From Balanoglossus misakiensis (lineage: Eukaryota > Animalia > Hemichordata), in assembly GCA_040954595.2 (NCBI GenBank), contig CM082596.2, positions 11,090,454-11,154,453 on the forward strand: a stretch of DNA of 64,000 nt, given 5' to 3'. A model generated the notes under the pieces. That model was not told where the DNA came from. It made no database searches and saw only the letters and a list, made by a program, of their open reading frames with translations. Below, piece by piece: positions 1 to 12,314 of this stretch; the first letter of the stretch is position 1, and every line of letters begins with the position of its first letter. The position numbers and the translations under genes are program-made.

Positions 1-409
1 AGTTTATGGACGACGCTGTTCTTCCAATGACTGTCCAGTACGTATTTGCACAATGTGAACCTTGACCAGGTGTACAGCACCCTCATGAAGCAAAGAGGTA
101 CAACCGTTCTCTTTGGTAACTTGGCTGCTATGAGTAGGTTGGTAAATTTTTGTCGCTCTTTGAAATCGCTCATAAAAGTGTTCAATTGTTGACATCCACT
201 TCTATTATTGAGATGAAATGATGCATTAGTCTCTCAAGAACAGTCAACTGTAATAATTTGGAAGAGTGTTTAATGTTTTTGTGAGTTTTTTGAGCTTTTA
301 TTCAGAGTTGATGTAAGTACAATGAACAGTCACATATGTTACAGTGTACTGCCATGGTCAAACAATACTTGGACATTTAGTTATTATCGCCTGTTGGAAA
401 TTTCTCTCG

Positions 410-711
410 TAACTTCTACTGGTGCACCGATTTTTTTTTCTTTTAACATGCATTTCTCATACATTGCACTACTGCTGCGAATTGGTATAACAATACAGTG
501 AATTGCATCACCAATATAGCAGTATAACACAGGATACAAAATCTAAGATGTCTTAGGATGTTTTTGAACTAATCAGTAACCATTTTCTAAAAATTATAGA
601 TCTGAAACTAAAATTCAGAATTTGGTCAGCCCTGGGAAATATATTGTGTGAAGCCATTTATGTGTGTGGGGCCATTTTTTATACTAAATTTAAAATGGTA
701 ATTAGAGCCCT
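410..711. repeat. Diverged dispersed repeat, copy 1 (partner at ~5160-5338)
   Basis: Collinear blocks catttctcat..., tataacaatac..., aagccattt-tgtgtg-gggccattttt, actaaatttaaaa and ttagagccct occur in both copies. This copy has about 110 extra bp at ~541-650. Confidence 0.65.
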
Positions 712-889
712 TGGTAGAAGTTCTGCACTGAAAAAAAGTGTGAACTTGGCATGGGCAGGTAAAAGAATTGTTGGTAAATCATTTAGCAAATTCCTGAATG
801 ATTGCATAACTGGCTACGTTTTGAAGAGACCAGCTGTTCTATTTAGTATATGTACAGTACATATGCCATTGGCAGCTTATGGGTTAGTC

Positions 890-1320
890 AGTGCTTGCCC
901 ATTGATCTCTCGCTATGTGTGTGTGTCTGTCTGTATATGGCCATGTACTCTGGTGTAGACTTTTTCTTGTGTAATCACTCAATGGGACCACCATGTCCTT
1001 GACGCGATTTTTGCCATTTTTGGTCAAAAATCAGTTTCTCTGAGACTTCCTGTCAGATTGCTTTTAAATTTTAGTATTCTTGTTCCAAGTGGTAACCCTC
1101 GTAATGTTGCATCATTTTGGTGAAATTTGTACATTTGTGGTCTTGAAGCAATTTTTGCAATTTATATTCTTTGAAACCACCTGTTCCTTGTGGTGATTGA
1201 AGTAAGATATTGTACAATTTGTTGATATTGAATTTTTGTGGTTTGAGGCAGTTTTTGTCATTGTTGAACACATATTATTTTCGCTGAAAATACTTGTCAG
1301 ATTCCTTTGAAATTTTATTA
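890..1320. repeat. Fragment of an interspersed repeat, possibly HINE/Helentron-associated
   Basis: A short (GT)/(GTCT) tract is followed by gcgatttttgccatttttggtcaaa and tgtcagattgcttttaaatttt, and the latter recurs at ~1295. The same motifs occur at ~3930-4170. The family assignment is inference. Confidence 0.35.
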
Positions 1321-2071
1321 CAGTAGGTCATATCTGCTTGCCAATGTCACTTGTGATTTTTTTTTCGTGTACACACCTGATTTTGCGTAATCCCCAGATG
1401 GGTCCACAGTGTGTTATAACGTGACCAATATTTACTGGTAAATCCTGTATGTTCTACTTCTGGCAACTTTGAAATATGTTGATGTTTGGGTTAAATGAGA
1501 TTCTTCACAAACATACAATACAGAGTGTGTGGTACAGTCCATGGTCACATTCAGAACTACCTAGTCTATATCTGTATGCTTTGCTTCCAAAACTAACACC
1601 TAGAGCCATGCATACCATTGGCCAAATAAACTGGAACCCCTAGCTGGGAATAGTGATGTAAGTAGTGTCCCTTTGAAGTCAATCACATAAACTGAACAGT
1701 GTTGATTAAGTGTAAGATAAAAAAATAGATTATAGTGAAGGCAGGGCTTATAACATTGAAAATGCTACCAGCCTTAATTACACATATCCTTTGTATAATC
1801 ATTGGAAAAACAATGTACCATAGACTTGCATAGCACTGTGATGGTGAATCACAAATAGCCACTTTCATTACATTACATCAATCAGTCGATTAGCTATAAT
1901 AAGATAAATATTCCCACTGTAATTAACATCACTGTTGTTATTAGTATCTATTGCCAATCAGTATTAATTATGCCATTATGTTATTTTAAGTCAATTGTCA
2001 AGATTCATGTACATATCTTACAACTTAACTATCTTGTCAAAAACTTCCACTTGAATATGTACCAAATTCTA

Positions 2072-3273
2072 GGCTCACCAGTAGGGTTAGAGATAAAGTG
2101 TTTTATATTAACATGCATTAATATGAAACTAGAATTTGATGGTTAATTTAGGACTCCCTTGATCTATGGTGACCTCATTAAATGTGTGCATATCTAATTC
2201 TAGGCTATCCATTGGAGATAGAAACCTGGACATGGCCAACTTTGGGGTCAAAATCTTTTGACACACTTTTGGGTAATCTTGGGTAAACTTTGCCCTACAT
2301 TCCTATATTTTGGGATCCGGAGCAGATATATCCTTGACACTTGGACTGATGGAACTATGTAATGGACTATTATGTCTTACCTCATTAATTTTGTGCATAC
2401 CTAATGCCAGGCTAACCAATATGGCTGAAAGTCTGGCTTTTGTTTGACATAATGAATTTGAGATCAGCATTTTTCTACAGCAGCCATGTTTCACTTACGA
2501 AAGGATGGAAAATATAAAGGCTTGCATGGTAGACTGAACTGTTTACTTCCCTTCCCTGAGACTGTGTGCCAATGACGGGATAGCCTACTCAGCGTTGGGT
2601 AGATCCTAAGAAGGCCTCAGCCAGGTTTCAAATAAAAAAGAAAGCGGAAATAGCTTGAATGGTGGGTTACATCGTTAACTTCCCTGCAGAGCTGATTTCT
2701 CAGACTGTGAGCCAATGACGGGTAAAGCCTCTAGGTAGGGGCCACCTAAGACAGGCCAGTCATGCTTTAATTACAAAGAAGGGCAAGTTCAGTCTTACCA
2801 CAACTTTGTCTGCTGTATATGCTTCATAAAGATTGCATAGTATTTTGAGAACACATTGTGTGACCAGGTAAAAAGTACTGGCAAACACAGCCATAGTGGT
2901 ATGAAAAAACATCTAATGTGGCTTAATAAAATACATATAAAACACAGCAAAAGCACTGTGACTAAAAGAGACATAATACTCAATTACATAGTTCCATCAC
3001 TCCAAATGTCAAGGATGTATCAGCTTTGGATGCCAAGATATGGGAATGTATGTCAAAGTTTACCCAGATCACCCAAAATTTTGTCGACAACTTTTGACGC
3101 CAAAGTTGTCCATGTCTAGGGATCTACCTCAACTGGATAGCCCAGAATTAGATATGCACATATTTAATGATGTTACCATAGATCAAGGCAGTCCTAAATT
3201 AACCATCAAATTCTAGTTTCATGTTAATTCATGTTAATATGAAACACTGTATCTCTAACCCTTCTGGTAAGCC
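2072..3273. mobile_element. Foldback/MITE-like element with ~300-bp imperfect inverted arms
   Basis: 2072-~2377 is the diverged reverse complement of ~2968-3273, e.g. gaaactagaatttgatggttaatttaggact versus agtcctaaattaaccatcaaattctagtttc. The spacer is ~590 bp. Confidence 0.8.
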
Positions 3274-3849
3274 ATTCGGTCTTTCATACTACCCAATATG
3301 GGAGTGTAGGTAAAAAGTCACCGCAAGGTCATTTGTAATTTTGCTTACAGAAATCTGGTCCCTGACATTTGGTAAAGGGGTCGAGAATTGTTGTCCCAGA
3401 GTAGAACATATTCTTGAAAAAAACTTTGAGGGGTAGAAGGAAGTTTTTCATTTTAAACTTAAGTGCTTCAAATAGTAGAGAGGTTCTCATGTTATTTCAA
3501 TAAAACCTTAAATGTCATCATTGTATCTTTAGACTCAAACTCAAAGTTGCCAATCTTTCATTATTTTCATGGTTTAACTTTTGATCTTAGATTGATCCAT
3601 CTAAATAGGCTTACTGATAGATAAACATGAACATGTTATTGACAAATGAATGTGGCTGTATGTTAGTAAGTTAGATATTAATGAACCCCCATATGAAGGG
3701 TACACAACTATTGTGGTATGCATCGGCAAGAGATGACAAACCCATGCACATACAAGCAATATGGCTCAGTGGGAAATATTTTACTGAGGAAAGAGATTTG
3801 TAAAATTTGGCAGCTTGTGAGGCTGTAGTTTTAAAATCTTTGATATGTG

Positions 3850-4250
3850 TTTTTACTCTTTGGGTCCCATTTCGTATACCATTGGGGGACCCAAGTGAAA
3901 TTGGTCAAAACTCTGAAACACAAGAAGGTGCTGGTCAGATTGCTTTAGAAATTGGTGTGTACATTGTATTTTATTGAGACCTTATACAGATTATTTTCAT
4001 TTTTTAATGTATACTTTTGGAGCGATTTTTGCCTTTTGGTCAAATACTCTGAAACCTTTACCCATATTTTTTTGAAATTTGGTTTCCAGGTTCCTAGGTG
4101 TGTTTTCAAGACTTTTAAGCAAACCCTATGATGAAAGTGTTGATTTTTTTTTGGCAAATTTTGCCATTTTTGGCTCCGAAGTGTAACGAGGAGACTATCG
4201 AATTGGGTAAAACCGTATGAGCTACTACTTCCTTCCGTCAACAACCTGTC
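3850..4250. repeat. Second fragment(s) of the repeat family seen at ~890-1320
   Basis: Short stem ttgggtccc...gggacccaa (3860-3894), plus ggtcagattgcttt and gcgatttttgccttttggtcaaa motifs shared with ~1000-1070. Confidence 0.35.
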
Positions 4251-5159
4251 AAGAATGCATACCATTTTCTGGTAGGGGTGTGTAGCTTTATGTTTTTGGC
4301 GGTGGTGTGTAGCTTTGAGGTGTTGAGGAAGAATTGGAAAAGTGACAGAAATCGGAACGGATTAGCCAGTAGTGTTTTCGCTACCCCTACGCCAAATCAC
4401 AAATGCAAGAAAAAAGTTGCGAGCCGATTTTCATACATATTAGCCAAACTTGCAAAGCACTGCTATCTTACGTCGTCGTTTGTTTTGCCATGATCAACAT
4501 GCCATGATCAGTGCACTACAACGCATGAAAGTGGACGGTTGTTCTGTTCATTGATCATCACCCCCCTGTATCATGAACATCGCAAGGCAATGCATTGAAT
4601 TCAGCTCTTCCAGCTAGTGGTCGCACTCGCTTGATTTCCTGCGTGTGTCTCTGGGGACGCAAAGAATGCATATGCGTCTTTTCCTTATTTGCATATTTCG
4701 AATGGAAACGCGTCAGGTGTAAAGGTTGTTATGGAAGTTTCTTTATAGAACCACTAGTGTTAGTCTGTGGGCCCAACCAGCAAAAAAAGTTCTAGAAATG
4801 TCATTATGTTGTAAAGGAGTTTTGTACTACATGAAATTAGCTGGAAATGACGGGTGGTAAACTATTGATGTGAAATCAGGTCACTTCTATTGAAAATGAT
4901 GGACCAGAGAGCAAATGACTATTTGAATTCATTTCATATACTATGTTCACAACTGCTACGCTCCCAGCAACTGGGGAAACTAAATGATTGAACTTTCTGT
5001 TTGATCAATGCATGTATTTTTTTGCTAAAACCTGCACTACTATGGTCAGAACATGACATTATATACTTGAAAATGGAGAATTTTTTATCAAAACAGTTCA
5101 GCTGATCTTGAATGGTGTCTGATATTTTTTTCAAAATGTATTTCTTTCACTTTTAGACT

Positions 5160-5338
5160 ACTACTTCTACTTAACTTGCACTGTTTTTTTTCAAAACACA
5201 TTTCTCATAGCTTGCACTGGTGCAATTTGATATAACAATACACAATGAATTTCATCAGTATAACATAAGGTACAAACGAAGCCATTTGTGTGTGCGGGCC
5301 ATTTTTAAGACTAAATTTAAAACAGTTATTAGAGCCCT
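5160..5338. repeat. Diverged dispersed repeat, copy 2 (partner at ~410-711)
   Basis: Same ordered motifs as the first copy, ending in attagagccct. Confidence 0.65.
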
Positions 5339-6309
5339 CTGCTAGTGGTTTTCCCCCTACCAAGCACCCACCTTATCAGGCTGCATTCAATATTACATGA
5401 GCAAAAAGTTCAGCATTTCACCTTGGTGTTTGCAAATTGTTCCTTTCAACTATATACCAAACCACTGTTCTCCAAACATGCCGCTCATCATCCACTACAC
5501 CCTGAGAGAACACAAACTGTCCTTGACGCTATTTTCTGTGATTGCTTCAATATTGTTTGCAGTTTCAAGGGGAATTCTTACTGTGATATATGAAAAGTCA
5601 GCTGAAATTGTTGCATTTTGGGGACATGCTTTCGAATGTTGATAAAAAAATCTTTTTCTCAGAACATGCATGACTGATAAATTTAAAATTTTAGTTGTAA
5701 GTAATAGATACATGTATGTTCTTCATATAAATTATAATGGAATCAAATCATAGCTCAATTTAATTTTTTTATTATGTTAGATGTATTATCTTATACCACA
5801 AATATTTTATAAAAAAAGTGAAATAACCCTTACATTGTTCTTTGCAATTTAGGAGGAACCCCCCCCCCCCACTGAAAATTGTATACACATTGACCTCTCT
5901 ATGACTGTATACATGCCAATGTGTATGTTTTAAAAATTTATGGTCCTGATAAGAGTGAAATGATTTTTACGTAATACTTGCTAAATGGATTATCTCCTAT
6001 GAGATGTGCAATCTTATTACCTAATTGTTTCTGACATTTTGCCTCTTATGCCTAATATATGTCATTTTCAAGATCCCCAAAACAAGCTGATATAACTTAA
6101 CAATGGATAAAAATATTCCAAACAGTGTAGCCATTTGTTCAAAACATAAAATGTGAGTGATATATACTACAAAGAATGTACAAGTTTGCATATTTTTTAT
6201 CATGTTTTCCTCAATAATTGTACTGTTTCTGTAGATATCAGAGGTTTAATGTTATTCAAATAAATGTAGTGCATATCACATTTTAATTTAAGCCATCATG
6301 TGCTAATGT

Positions 6310-6640
6310 GGCAGCCATGGCCCACTGTCGTCATGAATTGAAATTCACACGTGCTTTACCATCCTCACGAACTGTGTTGAACTGGCACACTGCAAATTTT
6401 GAAAATATGTTATTGATCACAATCACACGCACACTGACAGCATCCTTTTTGGGGATACAGGTACTGACACTATCAGTCATAATACTTTTGAATCCTCAAT
6501 AAAGAATTTATTGAAGAATTTAACAGGATTTATATTTGAACGCAAAGTATAAAATTCCTTTGTGCCGTAGAAATGAAAATCTGCATTTTGTGGTCCTTCT
6601 GCTGGTGAGAAGCAACGGATAAATTCAGCATGCTCATCGC
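6310..6640 (-). pseudogene. Possible decayed piggyBac-like transposase N-terminal fragment
   Basis: Minus-strand translation gives FSPAEGPQN...PVKFFNKFF...L*LIV, and another frame gives FAVCQ...NS*RQW. This resembles the F-x-GP...P-x-FF-x-FF...IV...YA-x-Q...SR-x-W pattern of piggyBac/PGBD N-termini. Stops and frameshifts are present, and no catalytic DDD is seen. Confidence 0.3.
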
Positions 6641-7430
6641 CCAGGAAATTTAGGTGTACAGAAAAAAAAACTAGAATGACAACAGCTATGCATGCAGCTA
6701 TGCAGGCTAACAATAGAAACACAGAGAACAGTTCTCCATATTCGTTTTTAATACGATAAGATTCACTGAAATTGGCGGGTCCGTGGGCAGGCAAAGTCAT
6801 TTCCAACTCGGCTTGCAAATCAGACCCATGTCTCTTGTTCCCTGATACTGTCTGCTTCTAATAATAGCAATAAGAACTTGACTGTTGTCCGAACTTTTGG
6901 TTCAATTTCGCAACATTTTATGATTTCAAGCAGTGCATATTTAACTCTGTTTCAACTTTGGTTGGATGGATAATGATGAAGCCATTTCACTGACAAAATA
7001 ACGCTACGAATGGACGTCAATATTTGTTTACAGGCAAATACATTATTGTTAATGTTTATTTCAGATAAAAAATAATCCATAGGAGGTAAACAAGAAAAAA
7101 AATACTTCTAGTTAAAATAGTCTTTGACACCAAACATTCCATAATAAAATTTTTGAAAAAATAGACTTGGGCAGTACAGAAGACACGATCAAAGTACTAG
7201 AAAGCTGAAACCTGCTCATTAAACTATATGACTTTTTTTCCTTAAGTATCTCATCAAGAGTTAAAACATTTAGATTATCAAGCAATAAAGTATTACTTTG
7301 AACATGACTATGTTCGAAACCTGTTAATTTACGAAATATCAGAGAATATGCTGTTCTAGCGGTATAAAACATTTTCATAGAAAAATTACACCACTAATGA
7401 GAATTGAACAGAATGTCACAAAAAACTGAA

Positions 7431-7712
7431 ATTATATTATACCAGTATATTGATGGTGTAAATCACGCTATTTGATTGGTCGAGACACGACACGTGACCG
7501 TGATATATTAGCCATATACCACAGTCATATATCATAGTCAAAGAAAATGCCTTTTTAAAATGTTTTATGCAAAGTTTCAATATACTGGCATAATATAATA
7601 GCAATAAAACACCCCCAGCCATGGTATACCACTCGATTTTGACCAGTTCAACTCCATGTCGTGAACTGGTCAAAATCTCGTGGTATACCATGGCTGGGGG
7701 TGTTTTATTGCT
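7431..7712. mobile_element. Compact double-palindrome non-autonomous element (Crypton-like architecture, tentative)
   Basis: A 23-bp inverted pair at 7431-7453 / 7577-7599 (1 mismatch) is followed directly by a near-perfect hairpin at 7600-7712 with ~51-bp arms (agcaataaaacacccccagccatggtataccac...gtggtataccatggctgggggtgttttattgct). Confidence 0.6.
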
Positions 7713-8568
7713 TAAATATATGACATTTGACCGATAAAGATGCAAATTTATAATCACAAAGGATAGCGTTTCCCCCCTAAAGTATAAAAAACAACTCTGA
7801 GCTTGAATATCCTCATTATCTTTAAGGTTTCAAGATATTAAATGACCAAGATATTTGTAAACATTAACATAACTCAGTAGTCTACCATTTAAATAAATTG
7901 GAACTGTTTTAAGTTACCTAACACTGGGTTGAATTAGCATAAACACCGTCTTTTTCTCATTGAAAAGTATCGCATTTATACTGCCTTAACGACCACAGCA
8001 ATTAACTAACATTTGGTGACCGTAGGCTCCAGTAGAGAAAATAACTATATCGAAATGTTTCAACCTGTAATCGCCAAGAAGACATCTGAACTGAAGTTTT
8101 GATAAATTCCTACTGAAATCATCTAAGTACACTGTGAAAAAAATTGGAGATGAAATTCCGCCCTGTTTAACATCTTTTTAGACTAGAATGGTGCAGTATA
8201 GATCCGTTCCATTTAACAACAAAATCTTGAAAAGTCTAACACTTTGAGACGTTCATAAAAGTAACAAAAACATGCGTGTTATGATGTTTATAATAACTCA
8301 GAATTTCCTTCAATACAAAAATGGCTAAATCAGTACAATGTTCTGGTTAAAAACCAAATTGATGATTCGTAGAAGAGAGACAATCCATAAAGTTTAGAGG
8401 CCGTTGTTGCAAATGCATTGCCATCAGAAAAATACACATTTTTGTATAACTGCAAGATCTCGCACAGCTGTGAAATTCTAAGGAAATTCATTCATTGGAT
8501 AAAATTTGTAGTTTATGGATTGTTAAACAATCTTAGTCATGAAACCTAAATGGTTACCTCGGCAAAAC

Positions 8569-10245
8569 TATGGCAAGCCAAGTGTTGCAAATTTCAATAA
8601 AACCATTTTTGTGTTCATGAAGACCATGTTTGTGTTCAATAAAACCATGTTTATGTTGATACACTTTTTCAACACTAGATGGCGCTTTGCAATATTTCAA
8701 GCATACACCTTTTTGACTCTAGCTGGCGCTCTGCAATATTTCAAGCAGACGATGCTGAGTGGGATTTGCCTTTGGATTCAGATACGTTTTATTGTTGAAA
8801 AATGTCACACATTTTATTTAGAGGTTGATCAATTGCATTCGTCTTTAAGCAGGAAACATTTGTTTTGTAGCCAAAACTGAGAGTTGTCCGAAATTGGATA
8901 AGGCATTTGAGTAAACATTCAGGATCGTTTATAGTGGCTAGAGTAAAAATGCTGGTTTATAGAAATTGTTGTCAAGGGGAGTTGTTGGGCTACATAAGTG
9001 CAGCAAGGTGGGTTACTGTGCCAAACCACTCTACTAAGCCAATTTCCTGGTGCAATTGATATATTATTTATACAAGCCTGTGCTTATGGCCACATGCATC
9101 TCTGACTACAGCAGAGCCTGTGCTTAGGGACCGTATAGTTTTTAGGGGGGGGGGGTCAGCAAAATCCTAGCGGGGTCACAGAAATTTTGACATCCAATAG
9201 GGTGGGGGCTCATGTTTTTTTTAAACGTTTGGGGGTCACATGCTTTTGCCCCCTTTGGTTTTGAGTCCACAATAATGCAGTTTCGAGCCCTTTATTTTAC
9301 AGATTTTTCTATACCCTCCTCCTTCATTCTCCACCACATTTCATTTATTAGCTGGGTTATCCAGCGTACCAGGGCAGAGTACTTGCCACCGCACCCCCAC
9401 GGATTCTAACATTGAGTTGATTTGTTTTTGAGTTCCTTAAAATACAACTTTGAGCTCCGTATTGTACACCCCTTCCCACACCCACTCCTTCACTTCTTTT
9501 GTTTTACAACCTGTGTTTGAACATATTTTTCTCAAGTCATTAATATTGCAGAAATTGTTTCCTCTATACCATCTGCCAGCATTTTTCTCTCCAAAAGTCC
9601 CCTATCCCCATCATTGCATGGGGCTATGGGGCTAAATATGTACATGTATTAATAATAGATAACATTCAGACCATGCTACTGTACAGAGGGTTATTTATAA
9701 TTACAGTTTTCATGTTTTTTGCTACATTTTATGTAAGTGTACCTCTGTAATTACTCAGCATTCTTAGTAATATGTACCCTTATATTGTCCACTTTGCCAA
9801 CGCCTAGCCATGTCACTGATACAACAAAGCCCTATACCCATTGCTTGAAAGTGTGATCTAACTGGTATCCCCTTGAAGTCAATCTCAAATTTTGTTTATC
9901 CAATGAGTAGACACAGAATATACATGGTTAACTTTAAGAAAGGATTGGTAACATTTCAAATCATAAGCCATGTTTTCTTTATGATACAGACACAGTCCTC
10001 AGGATGTTGGGGTCCATGTGACCCCTTCCTAAAGGGGCCCCGCCACCACTATGCATTATAGGCAAAGGGCATTGCAGAGCGCCATCTTGTGACAAATGGT
10101 GTTCATGAACACAAAAATGTACTATTCGTTTTTGACACAAACATGTTTTTTTATGAACACAAACATGCTTTTTTATGAACACAAACATGGTTTTCATGGA
10201 CACACAAATGGTTTTATTGAATTTTGCAACACTTGGCTTGCCATA
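8569..10245. mobile_element. Non-autonomous TIR DNA transposon, IS3EU-like
   Basis: Termini TATGGCAAGCCAAGTGTTGCAAA ... TTTGCAACACTTGGCTTGCCATA, with inverted subterminal ~22-bp repeats (catgtttgtgttca / tgaacacaaacatg). Flanks caaaac / taaaac form a 6-bp TSD with 1 mismatch. TAY..RTA ends with a 6-bp TSD fit IS3EU. Confidence 0.7.
9127..9510 (+). mobile_element. Truncated, diverged relative of the Harbinger-like MITE at 11283-12314, nested in the IS3EU-like element
   Basis: TTA followed by GGGACCGTATAGTTTTTA and a G-run, then collinear matches (ttttgagtccacaa, tttattttaca, accagggcagagt-cttgccacc, ctaacattgagtt). No right TIR found. Confidence 0.7.
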
Positions 10246-10482
10246 TAAAACTGTGTTAAATTTCGTCATCAATTGCTTGAAATCACACAGGACATCCCCA
10301 GAGCTAAGTTACCCATGCAGAAGTCAGTTGCATCTCAGCTTGCAAATTGGGACTAAGTCATGTCTTCATTGGGACTGTCTGCAGTCTCGTTCACAGTCCT
10401 TTGTGCTCATTTGTGAACTTAGAAATGTTCTTTCCTTTGAATAAATATGGGCCACTAGAACAATTTCAGCTTATTTGCCAAT

Positions 10483-11022
10483 AGAGAGGTTTAGTTACAC
10501 TTACACGTAAATATGCGTACGTCTGATGGCAGCAGTGGCATTCGCATAGGTATTTTGCAGTTTAGTTGTCCGTTTTGAGTATTAATAGAAAATTCAAATT
10601 TTTTCACTTAAAATTTTGTGTGTTATGAATATTCTCTAAGATCACCACCCTTGCAATAGGTTTCTTGACTGCAGTGGAAATATACTTTAGTAAAGTTTTC
10701 CGATGTCTTAATCGAGGCGTCCACTGAAAACTTATCATGGGAATAAATTTTGTGTTCATGTTTTTAAAACGCCAAATACTGCCGGTTTTAGCACATATGG
10801 CAGAAATCTTTCAGATTACATGGATGCTGGCTACATCACAATTGCACTTTCAGAGATCAATCCCTCAAATTAGAGAGAGAATATCGAAAAATCATGATTA
10901 CGCGTAGAAGCGTCGCTTGCCGTACCGAACGTCTGCTCTACACATACGCAATGTATCTTTATCACATGACAACGACGCTACACGTGCTGATCGAACGTAT
11001 TTACGTGTAACTAAACCTCTCT
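10483..11022. mobile_element. MITE with AGAGAGGTTTAGTTACAC termini (PHIS/Harbinger-related, tentative)
   Basis: Inverted termini agagaggtttagttacac(ttacac)gtaaata ... tatttacgtgtaactaaacctctct. Flanks are aat / act, an ANT-type TSD with one mismatch. Confidence 0.7.
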
Positions 11023-11282
11023 ACTGTTATTCACAAAATACTGGGATTCATGTCCTAGTACATCGTATGCTTCGGTATTGTCCTCCAGCGGCACGTCTCG
11101 GACAATGTTATAGTTAAACCCAGGTAGCCATATGATGTCAGGCAAATGGTCTCCTGCCCTCTAACCTCTTACCTGGAGTGTAGTGGAGTGGAGTGCCATT
11201 GGTAAAACATATATATATTTTTGTGTGTTGACGTACCTAGATTGTGTGAGTGAGGATGCATCTGTCAGATGACACCAGCTAA

Positions 11283-12314
11283 GGGACCGTTCAGTTTTTA
11301 CGGCCGGGGGGGGGGGGGGGCGGCAAAATCCAGGGGGGGGGGTCACTTAAATTTTGAAGTCCACAAGGGGGGGGTCATCTGGATTTTTTCAACGTTTAGG
11401 GGGGGGGGGTCACATACTTTTGCCACCGAACTTTTGCTTTTGAGTCCACAAAATTGCAGTTTCGCACCCTTTATTTTACAAAATTTTCTAATGTGGGAGG
11501 GGGACACCCACCCCCTTCATTCTCCGCCACATTTCATTTTTTGCTGGTTTGTCTAGTGTACCAGGGCAGAGTGCTTGCCACCCCAACATCACCGATGATA
11601 ATATTTAACAAAGTGAATACATAAAGGAGAATAATTGTTTAAACCATTTTGCATAACTGATAGTTTCGCGCTGCATCTTCTATATACTAGAAGTTTTATA
11701 AATGATGTCATGACAAGATGACGCCAAATCTTCTAACTTTGAGTGGAGTGGCAAAAAGTAAAATCCTCCCAAACATTGAGATAATTTGCTTTTGAGTTCA
11801 TTAAAATGCAACTTTGCGCTACATATTTTACAAAATTTTCTTATGTGGGAAGGGGACACCCACACCCACCCCTCCATTCAAGGCCACATTGCATTTATTC
11901 ACTGGTTTGTCTAGTGTACCAGGGAAGACTTCTTGCCACCCCACCTCGATGCTTACTTTGAGTGGAGTGGCAAAATTAAAATTTGTCCTCCCTAACATTG
12001 AGTTAATTTGTTTTTGAGTTCATTAAATTGCAACTTTGAGCACCGTATTTTACAAAATTTTCTTACGCCCACCCCTACCACTTTTCTTGTTTTACCGATT
12101 CTAGCAACTATTGTATTGACTTGTCATTTTCTTTTGTTCAAAGATTTCTTTATTGCAACGATATACTATTATATACTTCAATAATACTTTGGGTCTGTCA
12201 AAGGGGGGGTCATCATTTTTTGGTCCTGGGTGAAGGGGGGGTTGGCCTGATTTTGAGAACTGATGACTCAAACTTGCCACCCCCCCCCCCCTGCCGTAAA
12301 AACTGAACGGTCCC
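11283..12314. mobile_element. PIF/Harbinger-like non-autonomous element (MITE)
   Basis: Perfect 22-bp TIRs GGGACCGTTCAGTTTTTACGGC (11283-11304 / 12293-12314) that extend across G/C runs. TAA lies on both sides (11280-11282, 12315-12317). Internal diverged direct repeats are present. Confidence 0.85.

Noticed and set aside
1-145. Possible exon (plus strand ...YLHNVNLDQVYSTLMKQRG... ending AG|GTTGGT) or the minus-strand 63-aa ORF
   Set aside because: All plus frames have stops within the first 70 bp, no domain is recognisable, and the sequence is truncated by the window edge.
1640-1690. Short similarity to ~9845-9890 (gtga..taa.t.gt.tccc.ttgaagtcaatc)
   Set aside because: Too short and degenerate to define a feature.
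644-8880. Assorted 60-113 aa ORFs in the left flank
   Set aside because: They have AT-rich low-information composition, many non-ATG starts, overlap with repeats and no recognisable domains, apart from the tentative piggyBac-like fragment.
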